From Octopus sinensis (lineage: Eukaryota), in assembly GCF_006345805.1 (NCBI RefSeq), contig NC_043009.1, forward strand, positions 10,664,001-10,728,000: DNA of 64,000 bases. The letters are read 5' to 3'. The position numbers and the translations under genes are program-made. The stretch's first letter is position 1; every line of letters starts with the position of its first letter. The notes beneath the pieces were generated by a model, which saw only the letters and a list, made by a program, of their open reading frames with translations, did no database searches and was not told where the DNA came from. Below, in pieces: positions 26,071-40,690 of the stretch.

Positions 26071-26935
26071 AATGTGTTTCTTAAATGGCTTACAAACACC
26101 TTCCACGCTGCAAAGAAAATACTGCAATCATACAACTAGAAGGACTCTCAGTGCAACTTGAAAATCAACCACTGCTCTTGGTACTTCATTGATTTCTACT
26201 TTATATTAACGGAAATGAGGGGGAAAAACATTTCTTTCTCTTTGTTTTTGAGTCGAAATTTTGGTACGTCCGTTTGAGGTCTGGTGTGAACCGTGACGCA
26301 GGAAGAAGGAGAGTAAAGGGAAAATTCACCCTCAGAAATACCCAGTGCCATATCCAACTAATTCTCCCGGCGCGCTTATCTCAGATACGTGGAAAGTAAC
26401 AAAACTGTGCGTGACGCGCTTTTTCAGTGTCTACACATTACTAACATGTAGAGCTGATAGATTCGCACTTAGAGCAGATCACATAAATCTCTCATACATA
26501 CTATACGTCAACCTCCTTTGAAAAGGAAGAGGAGAAAGGTTTTCATGTATTTCGCTATTGACAAAGAAGCTATATGGCGGTCGAATTTGAAAGACGCGAG
26601 GACAAAATTCTATTTCTCCCAAAATAGGAAATGTTGATCATTGAAAGATTGTGGTGGTCTTCTGCATCAAATTTGATGAAAGTTGTGAGCAGGTGGCGCA
26701 ACGGATTGTTTGTGATAGACGATTCTTGAATGCTGCCAATTGATTTCAGTAAAAGGAGAGCAAGGAATAGTCAGAGCAACGGGTGATGAAGACCGTCTGA
26801 CTGCCGCAAGGGAAAGTTATCTTGCATTTTGTGGATACGTGCCTTTGTATACATACATACATACAAACATACATACATAATACATACATACATACACACA
26901 TACATACATACATACGCTCACACACGCATGTATAT

Positions 26936-27322
26936 CTTTTATCTTTTACTTCTTTCAGTTACTAGACTGCGGCCATGCTGGGGCGCCACTTGAAAGAAAT
27001 TTTAGTCGAATGAATCGACTCCAGTACTTATTATTTCTTTAAAGCCTGGTACTTATTCTATCGCGGTCTTTTGCCGAACTGCTAAGTTGCGGAGAGATAA
27101 ACACAGCAACACCGGGGACAAACACAGACACAAAGACACACGCACAGATATATATTTATACATACGAGCTTCTATCGGTTTCCGTCTACCAAGTTCTGCG
27201 ATAAGTTTTTGGTGGGCCCAAAGCTAGCAGAAGACACTTGCTCAAAGTGCCACGCAGTGGGACTGAACCTGGAACCATGTGGTTGGGAAGCAATCTTCTT
27301 AACACACAGCCACGCCAGCGCC
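26936..27322 (-). mobile_element. SINE family C (diverged)
   Basis: Head, core and tail motifs. Confidence 0.85.
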
Positions 27323-27489
27323 TAAATAATATATATATTATCAAATTATGCCTGATCTGTTTCCATGTGTTTTTTCACTCTTTGTCTCCCTTCCTGATAC
27401 ATTTAAACGCCATCATCTTTTGCAAGTTTACTGCATGTCACGTTTTATTTATATAAGTCTTTATGGCTAATAAAGAAGCCATTGATATT

Positions 27490-28030
27490 GCTTTCCACTA
27501 TAGGCACAACGGTCTGGAATTGTGGGGAGAGGCTAGTCGATTACATTGACCCCAGAACATGACTAGTACTTATTTTATCGATACCGAAAGAATGAAAACA
27601 AAGTCATCCTCGGCGGAATTGGAGCACAGAATAAGCCATGAATATTGCTTTCACATGACCAGTAATTCTGGGCAAGAGGTATGTCGATTACATCGATCTC
27701 CATGCTTAATTGGTACTTATTTTATCGACCCCGAAATGATAAAAAGCAACGCCAGCGCTGACGGAATTTGAACTCATAACGTAAAGATGTACGAAACCAT
27801 TAATATTGATTTCAAATTTTGGAACAAGGCCTGTAATTCTAGGGGGCGGAGTAAGTCGATTACATCGACTCCAGTGCTTAACGGATACTTATTTTATCGA
27901 ACCTGAAAGGCAATAAAAAAAAACAATAACAAAAAAAATAATAATAAAGAAAAAACGACGTCGGTGAAATTCGAACTCTGAACCCAGGGACGGACGAAAT
28001 GCTGCTAATCATTTTGCGCGGCGTGCTAAT
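27490..28030 (-). mobile_element. Cluster of three degenerate SINE family D copies
   Basis: Three reverse-complement core motifs (tacttattttatcga...gaaa...ggcggaatt). Confidence 0.7.
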
Positions 28031-28629
28031 GATTCTGCCAGATCGTCGGAGTAAATAATGGAGGAATATTACTACACTTTTGTATTTGATTTGTTAGATA
28101 CTTGATGTGAATTTGCGCGTTGAGGTCGATTGCTGTGCTACCAATAAAACACAAGCACAGATTGTGTATAACTTCTGTTAATTAGCAATTAACAAATTAA
28201 TTAATTAAATAATTACTGAATCACTCAGTTAATTATTTGTTTCTCAACGTCCTTTCCTCATGCCCTTTAAACATATCAATGATGTGTTTCTCACACATAC
28301 TCTCTGCTTTGCACTCACTCTTTGCTCCATGTGATTTTAACAAAACGAAATAGTGAAATTCTTCTTCTGTGTTGGTATTTGTACCGTATAAACTATTTGT
28401 GTTAGTGTATATGTGTGTGTGCATGCATGTGTGTGAGTGTGCACGCGTGCATACTTTTGTGAGTGAATAATTATAATCAGGGTTGTAAGAATGGTAAGAG
28501 TTTCAGTGCGCATGTGCGAATTTTGTTATCTTCTTTCAATTGTTTTACTTTTCGCTCTCATGATTAAATTTATTATTATGTTTGCACAGATGTCACAATG
28601 ATATATATATATATATTTATATATATATG

Positions 28630-28683
<54 letters not shown>

Positions 28684-28692
28684 ATATATATA

Positions 28693-28725
<33 letters not shown>

Positions 28726-28731
28726 ATACAT

Positions 28732-28786
<55 letters not shown>

Positions 28787-29042
28787 GATAATAATAGTAA
28801 TAATAATAATTATATTGGGGAATACAATTCCAAACTTACAGGGAAAAATTCAAGTTACCAATACTAAATCAAATTTCACAATATATAATATATGTATTTA
28901 ATTGAGAGAAATATGTAAAATTATTATAATTTTTGCCAATAGGAAGACACATATTACAGAGCCTACAAAATTGTTTTTTAATTCTCTATTTCCATCTTCT
29001 CAATTTGTTATATTTTGTATTACAATATTTTCGTGCTTCTAA

Positions 29043-29303
29043 GGCGGCGAGCTGGCAGAAACGTTAGCACGCCGAGCGAAATGCGTAGCCGTATTTCGTC
29101 TGCCGCTACGTTCTGAGTTCAAATTCCGCCGAGGTCGACTTTGCATTTCATCCTTTCGGGGTGGAAAAATTAAGTACCAGTTACGCACTGGTGTCGATAT
29201 AATCGTCTTAATCCGTTTGTCTGTCCTTGTTCGTCCCCTCTGTGTTTAGCCCCTTGTGGGTAATAAGGAAATAGGTATTTCGTCTGCCGTTACGTTCTGA
29301 GTT
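29043..29303 (+). mobile_element. SINE family D, tail A, running into a partial second core
   Basis: Tail aaataggtatt continues as tcgtctgccgttacgttctgagtt. Confidence 0.9.
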
Positions 29304-29378
29304 TTATATATATATATATATATATAATATATATATATATATATGTATGTATACAGGTGTGTTTGTGTAGATGCCCGT

Positions 29379-29664
29379 GGGCATATGGCGCAGTGGTTAA
29401 GAGCGCGGGCTACTAACACCAAGATTCTGAGTTCGATTCCAAGCAGTGACATGAACAATAACAATAAAAATAATAATAACATCGAAAAATACCTTAGGAA
29501 TGAGGACCCAGGTTCGAAATTTCCCCAAGATACCTGAAGAAGGCTGTGGAGGGTTTATCAGTAGAAACGTTGTGTTAACAACAAACAAGATGAGGACAAA
29601 TGTCCGTCGAATGTAAATAATGTAAATAATGTACATAATTCCTCATCTCTTAAATATAGAACTG
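29379..29664 (+). mobile_element. tRNA-headed SINE-like element carrying a hammerhead motif
   Basis: A box tggcgcagtgg, B box gagttcgattcc (29429-29440), AAT-rich linker, hammerhead body shared with 21561-21770. Confidence 0.8.
29529..29576 (+). ncRNA. Minimal type I hammerhead (CUGAAGA core, stem II partly decayed)
   Basis: GAUAC-CUGAAGA-A-GGCUG..CAGUA-GAAA-CG-UU-GUGUU. Confidence 0.6.
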
Positions 29665-30176
29665 CATACATATATGTGTATAGTATGCATGCACATACTA
29701 CAATTTCTGTAAATCAATCATAACGTATACGGTCTATATATTTGCGGGTAAGCTGCAATTTGGTGTGATGGAGTATAATCTCTCAAAGCGACGGGTGTTA
29801 AAACATTATGTATATGTGGTCGATAGAGTTTACTACACTAGCACTGTTTCTATTTTACGTTTAAATTTATTCTTATGAATGCATATGATTTGTAGACTGG
29901 CCAAGTAATTCATCTCCGTTCCATTACGTGTCCGTGATGTTGGTAAGTCACAGAATTGGCGAAACATCGATGTTTATCATTACAGGATGGTATTGAAGTT
30001 GGGTAATCTCGCCAGTCTATGACTTTCATGTATTTTAACATCCAGCTCTTTGAGAGTGAGTATTCTCTACCACATCACTTCGCAGCCGACCGACAAATAC
30101 ACCGGACGTTTGCGTTAAGTTTACGTGGTCGATAACGTTGATTATTCTAGCGCTGTTTCCATTTCATATTTGAATA

Positions 30177-31447
<1,271 letters not shown>

Positions 31448-31869
31448 CAAAAATTCCCTGCTGATGTTGTTGAAATTCCAATGAAGGAGATTCGGGTCTA
31501 GGTTAGAAACCGGCTCTTTCTCTATTGGCAAGAAATCTTGAATTAAAGCCGAATAATGACATACGTACATACAAACTTACATACATACATACGTGCACAC
31601 AGTCACACATACACACATATAGTTATGGTATATTCTCTAAAGATCGTAGTAGAGTACAGTATAGAGCTCGTCCACCTTGAGATTTACCTTGTGCTATCCT
31701 GTAGTAGTAGTAGTAGTATCCGTACTCATAATTCAGGGAAATAGTTCTATAATCAAATACCAGCACACTTGGAGAACTTCGTTGCATCGAAACAGCTGTA
31801 GTGATTAAAAATAAATGTCCAAACATACCTCTTCATTTTGACTCCAATTTTGACAATTATATGTATAAT

Positions 31870-32173
31870 TGGCAAGTGGCTTTCAGTTGATCTGATCAGC
31901 GGAACAGTCTGCTCGTGAAATTAACGTGCAAGTGGCTAAGCACTCCAAAGGCACGTGCAGCCTTAATGTAGATCTCGGTGAGATTCACAGTGAAACAAGC
32001 TGCAATAGGCTGTCGCTTTGAATTACATGTGCAGTACATATTTGTCAGCTGAGCAGACTAGACCAAGGTGAAATAACGTGTCGTGCTGAAGGACACAACT
32101 CACCGCTGGGAATCGAACTCACGACCAAACAATCGTGAGCCGAATATCCTAAAGCCCTAACACACGCACCTTC
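31870..32173 (-). mobile_element. Older tRNA-headed SINE related to family V
   Basis: Minus strand gaaggtgcgtgtg..tagg head, gagttcgattccc B box, gttgtgtccttcagcacgacac core. Confidence 0.7.
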
Positions 32174-32240
32174 ACACACACACACACATATATATATGTA
32201 ATGGAAAAATTAATTTATATATATATGTGTGTGTGTGTGT

Positions 32241-32489
32241 GGAGGCGCGTGGATTAGTGGTGTTGAACTCATGATCGTAAGGTTGTGGTTTCGATTCCTG
32301 GACCGAGCGACGCGTTGTGTTCTTAAGCAAAACACTTCATTTCACGTTGCTCCAGTTCACTCAGCTGGCAAAAATGAGTAACGCTGCGATGGAATGGCGT
32401 CCCGTCCAGCTGGGGAACACATGCGCCATTGAAACCGGGAAACCGGGCCCATGAGCCTGGCTAGGCTTTAAAAGAGCGCATTTATTTAT

Positions 32490-32490
<1 letters not shown>
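32241..32490 (+). mobile_element. SINE family V
   Basis: Matches the reverse complement of 10658-10907; gctgcgatggaatggcgtcccgtccag V-like motif. Confidence 0.88.
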
Positions 32491-32529
<39 letters not shown>

Positions 32530-33637
32530 ATGGAAAAATTCAGTTGTTACTAATATGACTAAGGATGCCAAGGCACCTATATTCTTAGAAATAAGGGTTA
32601 AAATACTCTTAATGCAGTAGGAGGGGCGAAAAATGTACATTCACAAGGGAGGTAACCGCCACATGACTGACTCGAGGTTCTCCAGTCCAGGTCTAGTTTC
32701 GCCTCTGACTGCAGTCATCATCGTAAGGACTGCTCGAGCGGTACATGATCGGTTAACTTCCTCCGGCCGCATATATGTATTTACCGTATAAATTTATGGA
32801 TGATTTAGCGAAATACTAATGCGTATACTAAAATTAATATAAGCGGCCAGCGCAATGTGATACCATAAAGTAAAAATTCAATATATGACTAAAAGTATAT
32901 ACAGTCGTTAATATCAATCAGTGAGATGTGTTCTCAAAACCGTATTGTTGGATTATTATTCTTTATTTGAAGGTTACTATTGGTTTCATGTAAGAGATGT
33001 ATATCTCTTAACAATTATCAAGTCTTCCAAACGAACACCAACGTTCCATACAATAGGCTTGATAATTCTTTACAGACATATCTTTATTAAGATGGTACCA
33101 ATGGTAGCCAGATTAACTCACAAATAAAGAAGACCGTTGTCATTATACCTACATTCATTACATGACCATAAATAACAATAATTAAGAATATATACTTACA
33201 TGCCTTTGTTTTATACGAAATTTCATAGGATTATGTAAATCTTTGATATTTTGGAAATCTATGTTATTTGACTTGATTGTATTAGTGACGTATTTTCCAA
33301 TTCCACACGATTTCATATTACTTTGTCTGAAAATATATAATGTTCTAGAAAATTAAGTCGAAGTGACTCACCATTAATTTAAAATCAATTTTCGCTGCGA
33401 TATGTAGAAGCATAAAATCATGGTCTAAATCGTTGTCTTCCTGTACTTGTCTTAGACATTGAGCTGTAGCCATGTTGTGTAACATCGTCAAGTGTTTTTA
33501 GTGGCTGAAATAAATCCCTGTCTTCGTTTTAAATCTAGAGCTTATTCTATCGCTCACTTATTTGCAGGGTCGTTAATTTACAGACATAAACAAACTTACA
33601 GCGGTTAGAGACGAACACCAACACGAACACACAAACG

Positions 33638-33846
<209 letters not shown>

Positions 33847-34144
33847 CTGTGTGTGAGTGTGCGTGCGCGTGTGTGTGTAACATGTGGTGTCTGTGTGTGT
33901 GTGTGCGTGCGTGTCTAATATGTGTGTGTGTATATGTTGTGTGTAGCAGTTGATGTATGCTTTTTCACGTGGTATGTGCGCATGTGTGCATCTGTGACCA
34001 AACAGCGTGCATGTGCATAGTGTATGTATGTGGGCGAAAGTTATCTTTGTCTAAGTATGTTGCATGTTTTAATGCGTGTTGCGTGTGTATGTATATATTG
34101 TCTACGTTCAGGTATTGTGTGCTTGAGTAGGTGTTACACTCATA

Positions 34145-34580
34145 AATGCATACACCCACATGCATACATACATACATACATACACAAACAAACATACGTA
34201 CATACATACATGCACACATACATACATATATAGGTGCATACATACATAGGTGCATACATACATACATACATACATACACACATACACACATACATACATA
34301 CATACATACATACATACATACATACATACATAGGTACATACATATATAGGTGCATAATACATACATGCATACATACATATATAGGTGCATACATACATAC
34401 ATAGGAGCATACATACATACAAACATAGGTTCATACATATATGCATACATACATACACACATACATACATACACACACATACATACATACATACATACAT
34501 AAACACATACATACACAAACAAACATACATACACATACATACATACATACATACAAACATACATACATACATTCATATGC
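34145..34580. repeat. Imperfect (ATAC)n microsatellite
   Basis: Direct reading; explains ORFs 33965-34810. Confidence 0.9.
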
Positions 34581-35257
34581 ATGTACTGAAAAGTTACTAT
34601 TTCGAAAGAAGTAGCCTAACAGTTATGCTTTGCTTAGAATTACGTGTTAATTCACGGATGTCAAACTTCCAATCCGGCATTAAACATAATTCATCCTCGG
34701 ATTATCGTCAGTATCAGAAACATTTCAGTAGATTACAGAGTATATATTCAAGGGAAGTGAGCGATCACTTGAAATTATACTATTCTTCATTTACATGTAT
34801 GTGTGAATGAGTGGAAGAGAATAGGTGCGTAGTCCTTTGCTGACAATAAGTTCTTACTCCATTTAACTTTGGTAGCTGCATACATTCTCTGATATCGAAA
34901 ATTTACGAGCCAAATTTATTGTCTGTTCTCAGACACTCTGATTGTACTTAAAACCAACCTCTCTCTTCTTTTTCTCTTTTTCTCAACGTTAAAATTAAAG
35001 TAGTTAAAATTCCACTTGTAGTTCTCAACTTTTATCTTCTTATCGCTAATGTTGGTAAATACAGAATAGACGAAATCATGGTTTTCCGCTGATGAGTTGA
35101 CGTTCTAAGATAATTTTATTATCGTCTCTGTATCAATTACCGCCTAGCATGTCAGTGTGCACTAGTGAATCACGTGTAAATATTATGTATATTATTTTGT
35201 TAAAATGAAAGAATTTCACAACCGAAATTCTATTGTGTGTATATATATATATATTAT

Positions 35258-35322
<65 letters not shown>

Positions 35323-35553
35323 TAAACACCACAACGTCAAAAACCTTTGAACTTTACGTAAAATCAGTCGCCATGATAGATCGTTAGCCACTACAGACAT
35401 TTTTTTCTCTCCTTGTTTTTTTCTGTGACCCTTTCTGTAGAAGAGCGTAGGCTCGAAACGTAAATGACTTTTTCTATTCCTGAGCGTTATACTAATACAT
35501 CTGTTTGCTTTGTACACCACCTGCCTTCGTCTTTTGTTTTTTTCGTAAACTCT

Positions 35554-35595
<42 letters not shown>

Positions 35596-35604
35596 TATAT
35601 CACC

Positions 35605-35644
35605 ACTGCCTGACGAACGGGAATGTGAAACTCTGAGTAACAGT
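35605..35644 (+). ncRNA. Compact type I hammerhead ribozyme
   Basis: ACUGC-CUGACGA-ACG-GGAA-UGU-GAAA-CUC-U-GAG-UA-ACAGU. Confidence 0.7.
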
Positions 35645-35688
35645 ACAGTTCTGTGAAAATTTTAATGCTTTAATAAAAAGAATAATAA

Positions 35689-35920
35689 GGCGGCGAGCTG
35701 GCAGAAGCGTTAGCAAGCCGGGCGAAATGCTTAGCAGTATTTCGTCTGTCTTTACGCTCTGAGTTAAAATTCCGCCGAGGTCGACTTTGCCTTTCCTCCT
35801 TTCGGGGTCGATAAATTAAGTACCAGTTGTGTACAGGGGTCGATCTAATCGACTGCCGCCCCTCCCCCCTCCCGACAAATTTCTGGCCTTGTGTCTAGAG
35901 AAGAAAAGAAGAAAAAGAAT
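35689..35920 (+). mobile_element. SINE family D, tail B
   Basis: Full head, core and tail B. Confidence 0.9.
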
Positions 35921-38440
35921 ATTACTCTATCTTTGGTATTCGAATACTAGTTTTCCACCTCGTCTTGCACTTACGTACTTAGCTGTATATACCAGTCGTG
36001 ATATTAAAAGCTATATATAAAAGTAATATTTAAACTTTCCCATAGATAAGACCAACTCCTTTATAACACGTTTACAATAGAGGTCCTATAATTTCGATAG
36101 AGTTAAAGGTAAGCATGTCAGCAATGAGATTGACTTAAATTGTGGATTTAAACCTCACAAGAATCAACCCTACAACCCTCAACTTGTAGATTTCGGAGAT
36201 GAACTGTGGAACAGTTTTAGAAACATTAAATTCCACAGATTCCCTTTAAGAAGGAATGGATATTTTAGAAAAGTACAGCTCTTGCCTAAGGAAGACAAAA
36301 ATAAGTCAGACATTCTTGTCCATTCTTGTCCAAGAGTTGTAATCTTTATAATTTGGATTTTAACTCTTATAACTCTTTAATTAAGGAGGAACTTGTAAAT
36401 GACTGTATGATTACTTCTAAGGCTAAATTACTCTTTGTAGCGAAATATTTTTTTTGTCTTTAGTCAGTAACGACTACTATTCCTTTCAAACTTTGCTTTT
36501 GTGACCTGGACGTCAATGTCTTGAAACTGACTTATTTTCCATTGCATTTTGATCAGATTCAGCGCTGAGATGCTGAAACAGAAGTTACTAGAAGTTTCGG
36601 GAAGTTTCAAGAACTTTCGGGAAGTTTCTAAAAGCTTCAAAATTTCTAGAACGTTCTGACAACCTAGATGGAGGTATAGATACTGGGATCGTAAGCTCAA
36701 CAGTTCAGTTTATTCCTAGCTGTCCAGGTGGAGACAAGTGGACAAAAGCAATGCTTGAAGGAAATTCTAGCCATTTTTCATACATTCTAGGGGTAAGCTA
36801 ATAGGAAATAACAGTTGTTTCGCAACGACAAAACTCACGTTACACAGTGCAATATTACCACAGTAAGAAAAGATATAGTGAAAAGATTACAAGTGGATGA
36901 CAGGATTGAACCATATATATCTATAAAAACCAAGAGTAACTTTGAAGGATCACAAGCACAACTTCGTAACTAAATTTACAGTTATACTGATATGCCCTTC
37001 AAAATCAGACACAGGTAAAAAGTAGTTAGTTGATTGTTAATAAATATAAATATAAACAAGTAATAGAATTAGATCGATGATTCAGTACTTTTGAAATCAT
37101 TAAATGGTTTAAAGAAATTTAGAAAGAGTTTAAAGAAATTTAGAAACACTGCCACTATCCACGCAATATACATACAGGTGTGTGCGTAGATATATATATA
37201 AGGTAGAATTCTAATGAGAGCTGGATGCAAGCAAATCCGTACGGATAGACACAAGTAATTAGGAACAATTCCAATACACAGCCATATACAGCCACGCGCA
37301 CGCACACGCACGAACACGTGCATACACACGTACACCTATCCATGCACACACACAGCCAAGCAGGTGCACACGCGCACACGCGCACACATACACATGCGCA
37401 TTAACACTCATGTAGGAACACACATGCACACAAGAAGACGCACACTCAGACATACGCACGGACAATTACCTATTCATAAAACCGGTTATATCGCATGCGC
37501 ATGCGCATACGCACTCACATAAGTAAGCACAAATTCAGATAGACATTCATATGAAGATATGCATTCAATCACAGAACCGACCCAATCACACACAAACGCA
37601 CGATAGAGTGTGCACTCACGCACACAAACGCACGCATGCACACACACACAAACATGTTAGTGCACACACACTTACTCTCTCTTTCTCATACACACACATC
37701 ATACACACTGTTCTCTCCTTAAACCCGTTTTTCCCTCCTACACCGAAGGAACTGCACCTATAATTTTTTAAGGGTCGACAAGCGGATCCCAGTAGATCTC
37801 AAAAACGAACCGACTTTGAATAAAAAGAAGTTATGGATAGCCAAAGCAGACACACTCACAAACACACAGACAAGCAGGTACGTGGGTGTACACACACACT
37901 CACATGACGCGTGCGAACGTGCGTAAATGCATACTAGCCACCACACATACTCTTCATTTACTCCCACCTTCGCTTCTCATGTAAGCAACCACACATTTAC
38001 ATACACGGTGGTATAAGACTAATTCTTATACAGACTCAAACCAGACCTAAAAGAGTGAGGGCATGTCATTGATGGGATTGCAAATAGCGATGAAGGAGCT
38101 TTGACAAATACACAACTGATTGATAGTTTAATCAGCACATTAAGAAAACGGTCGAGTAATTAGTTGGTTAGATATTCAACCGATTGACTAACAATAAAGA
38201 AGTGATATTGATCCAGTGCGTGAGTTAGTTATCATTGGCATAATGTCCCTCCCAAAGTACATCGGAATGTTTTCAACGTGCGAAGTGACATCAACAATCT
38301 TGCAAACTAAACGCAAAGACGAAGATAGACCATAAGTATTTATTGAAAATATTTCCAAAGCATAATATGCCATAGAAGAACGTGGTCACATTGCCGCCAT
38401 TTACACACATACACACACACGCACGCACGCACACACACAC

Positions 38441-38488
<48 letters not shown>

Positions 38489-39324
38489 AATACACGCACA
38501 TTCATACACACACTCACTTGCGAACAGCGTACATAGAGTGCGTGTTTGGAGTAGGTTGTGCACTGTTTTGTCTGGCTCATACAGTTCGCGTTATCATTTA
38601 TATTGAAATTCACCTTTTGCCAGACAAGTACTTTTCGTCAGAGCACTAAGAATAATGACGAGAAAAAAAAGTCTTTAATGACTCCTAATATGATACCTCT
38701 TAAAGGTAATGGGTACTTCCTTCGTTTACAAAATGCAAATTCTGTAAATCTTGATATCTCAACATTCTAATATCTTTGCTTTATCAAGCTGATGTTTCGT
38801 GAGTGAAAATAATATCAAACACAGCCATGTACATACAATTGATAAATTCTCTATTTGTCTCTCTCTCTCTTTTCATCTTTTCATACATATATTCATACGT
38901 ACAAACCTACACACATCCATGCATGCATATATATATAATTTCAATGCTTAATAATGAGTCAAACAGAATACATTTTTACGGTGGTGGTAGGGGACCGAAA
39001 TGAGACGAGGTGGCTAGTAATGGTGATGCAGGTGGTGGAGAAGAGGGTGATGTTGAAAAGGATGACAGAAGAGATTGTGTTGTCGCAGACTGTGTTGGTG
39101 ACAATGGCAGTAGGATTGGAATTGTAAACGTGGTGGTGTTGGAGAGGGTGCAGATGTAGGTGGGAGAGCTTGGAATAATGGGGGGTTTAGAGCGAGGGGT
39201 AGCGGTCTTAGTAAAGAAGGATATGGGAGATTGTTCCAAGGCAGGAGTTGATGATGTGGTGGTCGTTGTTTTGGAGGGAAAATATAAAGAACATGGTAGT
39301 GAAGAATATAAATTTTGTAGGTCT

Positions 39325-39725
39325 GGCTAGGTGGTAAGTAGCTTGCTTACCAACCACATAGTTCTGGGTTCAGTCCCACTGTGTGGCACCTTGGGCAAGC
39401 GTCTTCTACTATAGCCCCGGGCCGACCAAAGCCTTGTGAGTGGATTTGGTAGACGGAAACTGAAAGAAGCCCGTCGTATATATGTATATATAATTATGTA
39501 TGTGTGTTTGTGTTTCTGTGTTTGTCTCCCCACCATCGCTTGACAACCGATGCTGGTGTGTTTACGTCCCCGTCACTTAGCGGTCCGGCAAAAGAGACCG
39601 ATAGAATAAGTACTAGGCTTACAAAGAATAAGTCCTGGGGTCGATTTGCTCGACTAAAGGCGGTGCTCCAGCATGGCCGCAGTCAAATGACTGAAACAAG
39701 TAAAAGAGTAAAAGAGATTAAAGAG
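39325..39725 (+). mobile_element. SINE family C
   Basis: Head (slightly truncated), accttgggcaagcgtctt core, tail. Confidence 0.9.
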
Positions 39726-40294
39726 TATGAACGTGGTAGAATACCGAAATAAAACCGGTCACATATATACCTGTAGAGAAGAGAAAGGAAAAGGAAAGAG
39801 CACACAAGGTGATGTAGATTCTCTAGTAACAGCAATAACAAGAATAACAAGACCGATAGCAACTGCAACAGTTTTATGGTACCAGGTTCAAATATCATCC
39901 GCGTAAGCAGACCCTATTCAGGAATGTCAAGGCCATAAACGGTTTTGTAATCCCAGAGTAGAATGAGCGTGCCCACCGCAAGACCCCGAATACACCTATG
40001 CACAAATCCAACCGCCCGAGCACACAATCACACATACACACAGCCATAAACACAGGTACAACTATCTACACACGTAGGCGCTCATACCTTCTTGTTGTTT
40101 TACACTCTATACAACCATACCACTGACGTTGAACATAATTTGCATATCTTGAATATATCAGGGCACGTACCTCACTAAGTTTTGTATTTATTGCCCTGAG
40201 TGTTGAGGAAGTGCGTCGACTGTACAATTTGGCCAACTGCCTTGTTTAATGAAGACAATCGGTTTACTAAAACGTGTGTATGTTTTATAAAGAT

Positions 40295-40394
40295 NNNNNN
40301 NNNNNNNNNNNNNNNNNNNNNNNNNNNNNNNNNNNNNNNNNNNNNNNNNNNNNNNNNNNNNNNNNNNNNNNNNNNNNNNNNNNNNNNNNNNNNN
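40295..40394. other. Scaffold gap (100 N)
   Basis: Run of exactly 100 N. Confidence 1.
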
Positions 40395-40486
40395 AAATAG
40401 CAGTCAAATCCCTGACTCTAAAAACCACCTTAAATGTCATATCGCACCAAGAGATAGGACAGCTAGCACAAAGATATTACTGAATA

Positions 40487-40545
40487 ATTCAAGATCCTGG
40501 ATTTCTAGCTTTGCTTCAAATAAGCTCTGCCTTCATCAGTTGAAT
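40487..40545 (-). ncRNA. Type I hammerhead ribozyme motif
   Basis: AUUCAA-CUGAUGA-(stem II AGCUU..AAGCU)-GAAA-UCC-A-GGA-UC-UUGAAU. Confidence 0.65.
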
Positions 40546-40620
40546 ATATCAGATGGGCACATAAATACAAACATATATATACAGAACACACGTTATACTT
40601 ACATGTACGAACGAATACAC

Positions 40621-40690
<70 letters not shown>

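Noticed and set aside
26775-26830. gtgatgaag..ccgcaagg-gaaa hammerhead-like string
   Set aside because: G3 is not compensated at position 8, and stems I and III are not convincing.
36545-36760. Short gaagtttc repeats suggestive of an LTR U3 region
   Set aside because: No TG..CA ends, partner LTR or primer-binding site found.
39190-39240. RGVAVLVKKD resembling an APE endonuclease motif
   Set aside because: A single short motif in GA-rich sequence with no flanking motifs.
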